NCBI GenBank assembly: GCA_951406725.2
Contig: OX597830.1
Span: 54,622,001 to 54,686,000 of the forward strand
DNA from: Octopus vulgaris
Lineage: Eukaryota
DNA: 64,000 nucleotides
Reading direction: 5' to 3'
Shown here: one piece after another, positions 53,010-64,000 of the stretch
How the letters are laid out: each line of letters starts with the position of its first letter
Position numbering within the stretch: position 1 is the first letter of the stretch
Translations under genes and position numbers: made by a program
The notes under the pieces: model-generated
What the model was told of the DNA's origin: nothing
Databases searched by the model: none
What the model saw: only the letters and a program-made list of their open reading frames with translations

Positions 53010-53399
53010 GGGAGGCGCAATGGCCCAGTGGTTAGGGCAGCGGACTCGCGGTCATAGGATCGCGGTTTCGATTCCCAGACCGGGCGTTGTGAGTGTTTAT
53101 TGAGCGAAAACGCCTAAAAGCTCCACGAGGCTCCGGCAGGGGATGGTGGCGATCCCTTCTGTACTCTTTCACCACAACTTTCTCTCACTCTTACTTCCTG
53201 TTTGTGTTGTACCTGTATTTCAAGGGGCCGGCCTTGTCACTCTCTGTGCCATGCTGAATATCCCCGAGAACTACGTTAAGGGTGCACGTGTCTGTGGAGT
53301 GCTCAGCCACTTACACGTTAATTTCACGAGCAGGCTGTTCCGTTGATTCGGATCAACCGGAACCCTCGTCGTCGTAACCGACGGAGTGCTTCCACCACC
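53010..53399 (+). mobile_element. tRNA-Arg(TCG)-like head SINE (H1 + tail T1)
   Basis: A box tggcccagtgg, B box gtttcgattccc, anticodon-like gacTCGcg. TSD acaatgaactac (52998-53009 / 53400-53411). Confidence 0.9.
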
Positions 53400-53682
53400 A
53401 CAATGAACTACACACATTGTGGTTCCTACCTGCAACCAGATAGACTTTACTATTGACAGTTAAGAGTGTTGGTCGTGGACACAATGCCGCACACTTTATT
53501 AAAGTATAATACCTACATGCAGCTAGATTGACTGGATTGTTAATAGATAAATGTGTTCTTCATGGATACAATATAGTGAACTATACCACACTGTGGTATC
53601 TACAAACAGCTAGGTAGACTAGACTGTTAACAATTAGGCGTCTTGGTCATGATTGGTAATAATCTTTAATGAACAACCCTCG

Positions 53683-53732
<50 letters not shown>

Positions 53733-53749
53733 GTGTGTGTATACATACA

Positions 53750-53810
<61 letters not shown>

Positions 53811-54092
53811 ATAAATTAATAAATAAATAAAACATATGCATAGATACATACATATATGTACTACCTACCTCTACATGTATATATACATGCATATATGGGT
53901 ACAGGACACCAAAAAAAAAAAAACGTCGAACACGATGAGAAACGAAAACATAAACACAAAACCAAGGAAATGGACATTTTTCTTAAACAACGAAAAAATA
54001 GAGTACAGGACATACAATACAAGGAAAATTCCCCTTCTTCAGTCGCCTTTGTTTCATCTACTCCACGTTTCGAAGGTCAAGATATATGTATG

Positions 54093-54175
<83 letters not shown>

Positions 54176-54190
54176 TTATATGTGTACATA

Positions 54191-54865
54191 CACGAGGGCT
54201 GTTCATTAAAAAATTTTCCTGGCCCACTTCCGGTTATTGCAGGAAACCGAACTTGTACAGGTATAATCATACATGTCTCTACATGTCAAGTTGTAAGTTG
54301 CAGCTTTCCACTAGTATTCGTTTGTCTTTTACGGCTGCTGAAGTGGACTAAGGTATTATAATGGAAGCAGTTGAATGCAGATCAGTGATCAGGTTCTTGT
54401 ACTTGAAAGATTGTACACCAAAAGAGACTTTCTATGAGATGAAAGAAGTTTATGGTGATGATGAACCATCATGCAACATAGTCAAGCATTGGCATCGCCA
54501 CTTCAAATGCAGTCGGACATCAGTGGAACCTGTTCCTATTCCTGGACGACCACATTCCGCCATTGATGAGACACCATCCATAAAGGGGATGCCGCCATTT
54601 TGGGAGATCGCCGTATAGCTATTCGGCAACTCGCCCAAGAAGTGAAGATAAGTGTAGGGTCCGTGGAAAAGATAATTCCCGACCATTTGCACATGGGGAA
54701 GTTGTCTGCATGATGGATTCCCCAGGTGCTCACATCTTTTCAGAAACAGGACCGAGTCAATTGCTCCCAGGCTCTTTTGGCAATGTGCCAAGAAAAACGA
54801 GGAATTTTTTTTTTGCAGACTTATTACAAAGGTTGAAACAAGGGTCCATCTCTATGATTCTAAGA
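54191..54865 (+). mobile_element. Mariner relic: left TIR and N-terminal transposase (frameshifted)
   Basis: TIR acgagggctgttcattaaa. ORF 54361-54618 has R.VI.FL....TPKE...EMKEVYG....V..W...FK.....E..PGRP (HTH). WIPR-like and ITKVETRV (ITGDETWV) remnants follow. Confidence 0.85.
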
Positions 54866-55209
54866 CACATACATAGGTGTGTGCATATGTGTGTGTGTGT
54901 ATATATATAAATTTATTTTCGATAAGATGTTATATTGTTTTAATCCAAATGAATTTTAAAATTACATGTTGACACTCGCAGGGTCTCATACTATTACCTT
55001 GTAAAATTTGATTTGATTTGGTCGAGCCACTTGAGAATGCATAGTGAACAGACAGACAGACAGATAAAGAATTTTGAATAGAGACTACCACTGTTTCATA
55101 GAGTGTTTAGAAAGGGACTGCGAGATGCCAACACGATGCGGCAAACACAACCTACTCCAATTTATCATACAGAATAGAGGACACATATACAACATACAAT
55201 GGCTCAATA

Positions 55210-55690
55210 AACCTTCAATATACAGTAACAAAAATACAATAACTCTATAATATAAAATAAATCTACAATATGCAATGACAAATCTAAAATATACAATAAC
55301 AAATAACAAATTTACAATATACGATAAATAAATATACCATATAATAACAAATTTGCACTATACAATATGTAATAACAAATCTGCAATAAACAATAATAAA
55401 TCTACAATATACAACAACACATCTACTATGGGCAATAATAAATAGACTAAAATATGCAATTACAGATTTATAATATACTATAACAAATCTATCATATACA
55501 ATAATAAATTTACAATATGCAATTAATATATAATACACAAGAAGAAATCTACAATATGCAATTTACAATAACAAATGTACAACATACCACATCAAATCTA
55601 TAATATACAATAACAAATGTTCAATATACAATATCAAATATATAACATACGATATGCAATAACAAGTCTACGGTATACAATACTAAATAC
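55210..55690. repeat. Degenerate ~21-bp minisatellite (aataacaaatctacaatatac)
   Basis: About 20 diverged units visible by eye. Confidence 0.8.
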
Positions 55691-56603
55691 CCATGCCATC
55701 ATATATGACCGTAACCATCCTCAAATAATAAAAAAAAACAACTTTCGGAGGTTTTATAGCACATACCATGACACAGAATTGTATTCAAAAGTAGCAACAG
55801 ATTTCACAAATTCCTCATTTTAAAGTTAGCATTACTCGGGAATGGCTTCAACATGAGAACTCCCTCTCTAACATTGTATGTGTTTGCTGAAGGTGGTGTA
55901 GAAGAGAAACTATGAGTCCTCTAAAGATCAGAGCAGAGGAGCATTGGAAACTGTTTATGAGAGGAGGAGGAGGAACATCTAAGTGAGGAATAGCTGAATG
56001 CATTTGATGTTAGAAAGGAAACCAAACATTGCTGTGGAATAAAATTTCCATAATCGATAGAGAGCCACAATTGAAATTCAGAAAAATCAAAGACACCCCA
56101 CATATAACGCTTACTGATAACAGAAACAGCAAGCCTAGAAATAACATTAGTTTGATATGGCTGCCGTAACTGGAAATATATATTTAAATAACGTAAACAT
56201 CTGGTTCTAAATGTTCATGCATCAGTGGCCAGATGGTTTGAAGCTTTAATTAACTTGAGCTTAGAAATGACGATTCCTAGATCTAATCCGGTTTGGTAAT
56301 ATCTACATTGGTGAAAGCATGGCAATGTTGGTAAGAACCTTGCATTGCAACGATGGCATTTCGGTTTTAGTACCACTGCCCGGCTTCATGGGTAAGTATC
56401 TTCCACTATGGCTCTGGGCCAACCAATAGTGTGTGAGTGAATTTGGTAGACGGAAACTGTAACGAAGACCGCCGTAACAGAATAAAATAATATATATGTG
56501 CGCGTGTGTGTGTATATATATATATATATATATGCACAGACACACACACAGATATGCGCACACACACACATGTATATATATGTATATATGAATGTGTGTG
56601 TGC

Positions 56604-56661
<58 letters not shown>

Positions 56662-57474
56662 ATATATATATATATATATATATATGCAGACAAGACAGAC
56701 CGTCACACATCCCTTCCGTTTTTTTTTGTTTTTTTTTTTTAGAAACCCACGTTTTAGGCTACGGAGATTCCGAATCTGTAAAAAAAATTAGCATTTCAAA
56801 ATTTAATTTTAAGTTTCTTTATTTTACATTTTTTTTTTTTTTTTAGAAATTATTTTGGGGCGGCGAAATACGCGGAAAAGTACGGAAATTATGATTCTGA
56901 AAAAAATTTTTTTTTAAATTTCAATAAAAAAAAAAAAAAATGCCTTCCCCACCCTCGCGAATGTACGGCATATACATAGGATGATTTTAAAACCTTCCGC
57001 CCATAGCGTATATATATATATATATATATACGCACACGCGCACGTGTGTTTGTCTGTGATTGTGACTTTTTCCTCACCACCTCTTAATGCCAACCGGTAT
57101 TGATTGTTCATGTCTGTAACTTAGCAGTTCAACAAATCTTTTAAGGCGGAGCTCCAAAACAAGATATCCAGGAAGAAGAAGATCTGGACGACCGGAAATC
57201 TAACTGATTGAAATCTAGAGTAGATATTTAAATATTTCATCTTTAAACATTGAGGTTATAAAATCAGATAAACTTTAATCGTATTAACGATAGACATCAG
57301 TATTTAGAAGCGGTTAAAGCATTTCCTTTAACTTCTTAGTATCTTTCCAGACTTTTTATCAGTAATTTTCCTGACTTTTATCTTCTATATCATAACTACT
57401 CTTCTTCATTATATACACACACAACGATAATATACCAACCGTGTATATACTCATACATCTCACATGTTTAGAAT

Positions 57475-57730
57475 GATATGATGGCTGCCCCCTCGTTATC
57501 GAGTATGGCCATTGCATGAAGCTTAACTGTTATTGGTGCTGTGATCGAATGTGACTTTTTAGCCCAGCTAAAGATCTACAATGTCTTGTACAGAATTGAC
57601 AGCTAAAACCTTTACCGGTTAATAGCTGGCTGTAGATGTAACTGGGTTTCATGTACCTTTGCATGTCGTTTAAGTCCTCCTGCCGAATTACACTCTCTTC
57701 CACATGCCCGACAGATATGATTAGTTTGGT
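57475..57730 (-). mobile_element. RTE-type LINE 3' end with two C2H2-like fingers
   Basis: CRACGRECNSAGGLKRHAKVH and CQFCTRHCRSLAGLKSHIRSQH. 3'UTR ggccatactcgataacgagggggcagccatcat. Confidence 0.7.
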
Positions 57731-58231
57731 GTGTAACATGCATATGTATGTACATGTATGTATGTATGTATGTATGTATGTATGCATGCATGTATGCATG
57801 CATGCATGCATGTATGTATGTATGTATGTATGTATGTATGTATGTTTGTATGCATGCATGTATGTATGTGTGAACAAGATCTATAAGGAGATGCTTTTTC
57901 CATTCGCCAAAATGAATGGAGTCTTGGCCAGGAGGAAGTGATGCCATGAGACGGTGTCCAACGTTCAACAGATGTCACGACCCTGAACCGTAACACCCTC
58001 CCGTTGGTGGGCCAGCAGAGGTGGCCAAGTATTTGCTTCTCATCTGCTCCTGGCTTCCTGCTTAACTCCTTTCTCTCCCTTGCTCCAAAGCCAACAAGAG
58101 GCTCTTTCAGCTGACTCTCCCATTCTACGCACAGCCACACTTCGCTCTTTCTCATTCCAATGGTTGTAAGCATCCTCTATGCCGACTGAGCAGAGAATCC
58201 CCTACAGCCAACCATCGTATGTATATATACG

Positions 58232-58312
<81 letters not shown>

Positions 58313-59078
58313 GATAGCTACAAGTAGAAAGCAGGTATGCTACTCCATTCTTTATAAAACATACACGCGTTTCATTAAAGTGCCTGAATAATTAAATAAG
58401 TTGTAGAAATCTTATGCACCCATGCACACACCTCATCAGTGCTCCGCAATAAATACAACAATCGATGTTAAAACTCCAAATATATACATTTTTTTTCTCG
58501 TTATGCAAATCATCAACAATCTCGCATGCTCGCATGCTACGTAAAATAGCAAGCGACAGACGAAGCATGCTAGCAATGATGCCACGCCTACAGATATGTG
58601 TGACCAGTGAGAAAGAGAAAGAGGGTGAAAGAGAGTGGGTGAGAGAGAGAGAGAGAGGGAGAGATGAGGGTGTGGAATGGAAGTGTATCGGAATTGCTGA
58701 TTTATGACTCGTGACTTTCTGTTATCGGTTTGGTTTATTTCCTTTCCCCTTCTTTTTTATGGTTTTATAAGATAGTAAATTGGGTTTTATAAGTTATTTC
58801 CTCTCTCTCTCTCTCATATGATCTTTTCTCTCTCTCATCTTTCTTCCTCACTCAACTTCTAGTCTCTCTCTCCTCTCTCTCCCTCTTTCTTTCTGGTTCG
58901 TACACTTGCTAAAACATTCATCAAATTACACTCTATCTTCTTAAAACATAAAAGAATATATTGTTGTTTTTTTTAAATAGACTACTACATCTAAAAAAGA
59001 AAAGACGAGATGCTTGCTACCACTTTTAATTATATAAGCATTATTAAAAAAAAAACTCATTATTAAAAAAAAAAACAT

Positions 59079-59503
59079 AGGCGCAGGAGTGGCTGTGTGG
59101 TAAGTAGCTTGCTAACCAACCACATGGTTCCGGGTTCAGTCCCACTGCGTGGCACCTTGGGCAAGTGTCTTCTGCTATAGCCCCGGGCCGACCAATGCCT
59201 TGTGAGTGGATTTGGTAGACGGAAACTGAAAGAAGCCTGTCGTATATATGTATATATATATATATATAAGTGTCTGTGTATATGTTTGTGTGTCTGTGTT
59301 TGTCCCCCTAGCATTGCTTGACAACCGATGCTGGTGTGTTTACGTCCCCGTCACTTAGCGGTTCGGCAAAAGAGACCGATAGAATAAGTACTGGGCTTAC
59401 AAAGAATAAGTCCCGGGGTCGATTTGCTCCTCGACTAAAGGCGGTGCTCCAGCATGGCCGCAGTCAAATGACTGAAACAAGTAAAAGAGTAAAAGAGTAA
59501 GAG
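59079..59503 (+). mobile_element. CORE-type SINE (family C)
   Basis: Near-identical to 49337-49801. Confidence 0.9.
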
Positions 59504-59517
59504 TTAGCTTAACTTAC

Positions 59518-60613
59518 CTTTGTATCCTCCAGGTGTGTTGAGGTGTTTGTTAATTTGGAGATGGTTCAACGTGGCCCAGTAATATTCATCCGGACTGGAT
59601 ATGTCTTGCATCCATTGTAGAAGATCTCGTGCTCGTTTGTCAAAGAGAATATACTGGACAAAGCTCTTGCTGAATACGCCATACGCACTACCTTTGACGA
59701 TAGTGATCTTGTGTGGCGGTGGTGTTTTCCTTTTGTTCGTTCGTTTGATGTAACTAGTTTCGTCTTTACGTGAAAAGTAAATTGCATGACGGTATTGATA
59801 TCGTTCTGGTAGCATCCGCTTTCCAGTGATACCTTCGATATCGTTGGCTCCATTATAGACCTTCAGAATCTCTACAAGTTCAGCGTTGGTTTTAAGCGGG
59901 TACACTTGACTAGGTAGGTTGATAAAATATTTCCAACTGCCGTTTCTCGATATGAGATCCATCATGCAGTTGATGTCAGCTTGCAGACGAGAAAATGAGG
60001 AATAGACGACCTCTTCAAGTTTGGAAGCGATGAATACATTATCAAAACACGTGACCAATTGTATGACTGCATAGTGGAGTTGGAACGGTGCCTTGGCATC
60101 GATATGTAAACAGTACCAGTTATGAGGCCGATAAATGGCACGTAAAAGTTTTTCAACTTGGACAAAATCTTTATAAAACAAAATGCTGTAAGCAAGTGGG
60201 AACTTATGTTCTTCCGGAGAAATATCTAGAATATAATTGTGTTTCTTTTTAAAGCTATCACAGTTTGAAAACTGTCGAAGGATTTCGTCTTCCGGAGTTG
60301 GCTTCATATCCTTCATCACATTCAATGCATGAACTAATTCTGTTTCGTTCATGTTAAAGATGGCTTCACAGTTTACCGTCTTCACGAGACGGTTTTCCGG
60401 ATCACAATAAGTCGGCCGGTTATCTGACGCCTTTCGAATCGTGCCGCCTGCATGACCCGACCCGCCAGAGTCTCTGTCGTCTGCCGAAGTGTATTTCCTC
60501 ATTACGTGACTTGAAAAAGAGTTCAGTTTGAAGACGGCGTATGTGAAGGTACAAGTACCAGTAAAGAACAGGACTATTAACAACTTTTTCCATTTCCGAC
60601 TGATACTGCTCAT
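59518..60613 (-). CDS. GT14 core-2/I-branching beta-1,6-N-acetylglucosaminyltransferase (GCNT-like), first coding exon
   Basis: Acceptor cattttcag|G at 60686. aaaaccATG at 60613. Type II TM (KWKKLLIVLFFTGTCTFTYAVF). Motifs FPLAYSIL, LLRAIYRPHN.YC.H.DAK, SRLQADINCM.DL, WKY.INL, PLKTN.ELV.ILK, KGSAY, SPDEYYWATL. Donor AAAG|gtaagt at 59517 (phase 1). Confidence 0.95.
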
Positions 60614-61363
60614 GGTTTTGTTCCGTTTCCGTTTTCCTCCGCTCTGTTTTTTACGGGAACTCTGCCGTGACGATGATCGTTTGGACCTGAAAATGTAGAT
60701 TGCCATATATAAATATACATATATACACATATATTCATAGTTTCTGATTTATAGATTCAAGGCCAATAATTTTTAAAGAAAAGAGGCGAGTCGATTGAAT
60801 CGAACCCAACACTTGACTGTTAGTATATTTAATCGACCCAGGGATTGGATGGAGTAAATGATCAATGAAAGTGACCTTGCCAGGATTAGAACTTAGAACA
60901 TACAACATCGGAAGAAATATTTGCAAGGCATTTTGTCCGACCGTCGAAAGGCTTTGTCAATCCAGCGCCCTAGATAGGCATACGCACACGCATGCACGTG
61001 CGCGCACACATACACGCACATACACACACAGAATCTTCTAACAAAATTTAAGTTAGAAAAATACGCTCTCGTATATTTGTCATTAGAGTGGGCACATTAA
61101 GCACTGTATACTATATTTTTCACTGCATCCATAAAACTGGATGTTTTTCCTCATTATTTTTACTAACGCAGTTCAGCTGCCATATTTTTTTCCATACCTG
61201 CTAGCACTGAAAAACACGTAGCATTACTTAACCGTGCCTTTAATTAACATCCAATTTTAATATCTAATGCGAAACCGATTGGTTAGATCGACCGTAACAG
61301 ATACATTATACGGTATAGTTAATACATATCTATACATATTGGCCGTGGAATATAAACACACAC

Positions 61364-61457
<94 letters not shown>

Positions 61458-61961
61458 GCATATCAACTTCGTGCGAGGCATTCTAATTGGGCTAAGCGAA
61501 GTGGGTTTCCTCGAGAATGTTCTATAACTAATCAAGGACAGCAATTATAACAAAAATGTATATGACAAAAAGAAAACGAAAAGGGTGAGTTCTGAATGAA
61601 TGAATGAATGAATATAAAGAGGGTGTGTGTACACACATACAAAACAGTGGAACAGTGGATTTCGAAAAATATAAAGCTATATTTAATAGCATGTAAGTAT
61701 TTGGTTGAAAAACTCTTTTTGACAGAAAAAACAATCAATGACTGCCCGTATGAGTCAAACCAACAACTACTGCAGACATGACAGAATTTCTACCATTGAA
61801 CCAAAACCATCCCTTAAATTTCTCTATTTATTTTAGAAATTTATTCTTACCGGTGAGAATTGTATGTTGTTGACGTCATCAGAAATTTGTATATACAGGC
61901 GCACACACACACACACACACACACATATATACACATATATATATAAATATACATACATACA

Positions 61962-62033
<72 letters not shown>

Positions 62034-62434
62034 TATAGACCCGCAGATAAATATTACACACTCAATAGTCTTCTTCAATACTTTTATTTTTTGCGCTCTT
62101 TCCTTTTTTCTTCATTACTTATTTCTTCACTATATTCTAATTATTCTGCGTGTTTAAATATATACACACATCATTAATCAATATATACATGAATATATAT
62201 ATGTATCGACTACATATAAATACAGCTACGATATTTTATTATCAGTGCTTCAAATATTTCGCCAATAAATGAACGTAACATCAGATCATTAATAAGTTGT
62301 AGTTGCGACACTATAAGTAGCTTTACAAAACGTTTTAACTTCTGGTGAACACTCAGCTTAGTTATCAATGTTCATTTGGTCCGGTCTAGAATACTTGATC
62401 ACAAGTAATACATAGCACATGCATAGCTATTGTT

Positions 62435-62493
<59 letters not shown>

Positions 62494-62845
62494 TATCACT
62501 TAGTATAATATTTATTTCTCTCCCTTTCTCTCATTGTTTGTCTAATTACCTTTCCCGCCACTTCTCCTCTCTCTCGCTCTCTTTCAGTAAGTGCATGTAA
62601 GTGCATGCCTCTGTGTGTGTATATTTGTTCATCTAGGAAGATATGTTTGTATATATGAATATGTATGTGTGTGTGTGCATGCGTTATGCGCTTTTGTGTG
62701 GGAGTGTATGTATAGAGGATTCTATGCATGTTTATTATTATATTCTATTAAGCTGCGTTGTTTCGTAATAGGTATATTTACTATTTTATATAACTATGCA
62801 CCCAAGTACATACATTCATATATATGCACAATCATACATACATGT

Positions 62846-62882
<37 letters not shown>

Positions 62883-63193
62883 TATATGTGTATGCATGTA
62901 TATATGTATATATGTATGTACGTACGTATGGATGTGTGTACGTATGAATGTATTTAGTATGTGTCGGTGCATGTATTACACAGTGCAAAGTAAATCATCA
63001 GGACTGAAATAAATTTAGAAAGCTTTTAGTTGTGCTTACATTTTGCAGTTTTCTATCACAACTAAATACTTCCTAATATACATATATGTAGAAGTAAGTT
63101 TATATATATATATACATACACACAAAAAAAAAAACACATATACAATGCACACTCGCATAGGCAGATTCTTTCAGAAATATTATATACACGTAT

Positions 63194-63571
63194 AGGCGCA
63201 GGAGTGGTTGTGTGGTAAGTAGCTTGCTAACCAGCCACATGGTTCTGAGTTCAGTCCCACTGCGTGGCATCTTGGGCAAGTGTCTTCTGCTATAGCCCCG
63301 GGCCGATTAATGCCTTGTGAGTGGATTTGGTAGACGGAAACTGATATATATATGTATGTGTGTGAGTGTTTGTGTGTTTGTGTTTGTCCCCCTAGCATTG
63401 CTTGACAACCGATGCTGGTGTGTTTATATCCCCGTCACTTAGCGGTTCGACAAAAGAGACCGATAGAATAAGTACTGGACTTACAAAAGAATAAGTCCCG
63501 GGGTCGCTTTGCTCGACTAAAGGCAGTGCTCCAGCATGGCCGCAGTCAAATGACTGAAACAAGTAAAAGAG
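63194..63571 (+). mobile_element. CORE-type SINE (family C)
   Basis: Same family as 59079. Confidence 0.9.
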
Positions 63572-63645
<74 letters not shown>

Positions 63646-63685
63646 CATATATATGTATATATATGTATATATATGTATATATATG

Positions 63686-63753
<68 letters not shown>

Positions 63754-63913
63754 ACTTATTGTATCACATTACTCCTTTATGTACACTGTTTTGTTTTATA
63801 TTATTATGTTTGACCTTAAAGTTTCTTATGTGATGGTTTAATAAAGTACGTGATTGGGTATTATCTGGTAATTGATATTTGATTTGGATGTATTTCTCTA
63901 TTTTCTTATTTTG

Positions 63914-64000
<87 letters not shown>

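Noticed and set aside
53010-53085. Functional tRNA-Arg gene
   Set aside because: The acceptor stem does not close, and the sequence continues into a SINE body bounded by a TSD.
57530-57730. Host C2H2 zinc-finger gene
   Set aside because: The fingers are in different frames, lack TGEKP linkers, and match the RTE C-terminus at 6486-6560.
60614-60730. 39-aa N-terminal extension of the GCNT ORF
   Set aside because: It crosses a splice acceptor at 60686. The ATG at 60613 has good context and precedes the TM segment. An upstream coding exon cannot be excluded.

Overview
Eukaryotic, microsatellite-rich animal DNA. The tRNA-derived SINE families and TA/CA/TATC density point to an octopus genome (inference from recognition, not a search). 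Host genes: a minus-strand GT14 core-2/I-branching beta-1,6-GlcNAc transferase (GCNT-like, ~456 aa) split into two coding exons (60613-59518 and 29408-29134) by a 30.1-kb phase-1 intron, plus one orphan 99-bp plus-strand candidate exon (7971-8069). The rest is transposons: a full-length Tx1-clade LINE (34961-40295), two decayed Tx1 copies, an intact 5'-truncated CR1-type RT, RTE and R4/Dong remnants, Tc1/mariner relics, Helitron-like ends, Penelope-like fragments with hammerhead ribozyme motifs, and several modular SINE families. The main observation is an apparent self-targeting LINE-SINE system. The Tx1 LINE sits at a precise site inside a SINE (16-bp TSD). That SINE shares the LINE's 3' tail. 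SINE copies are joined to other SINE copies at the same nucleotide, forming head-less tandem arrays that duplicate the target each time. Most ORFs in the supplied track are microsatellite artefacts. SINE boundaries are read by eye and are approximate.
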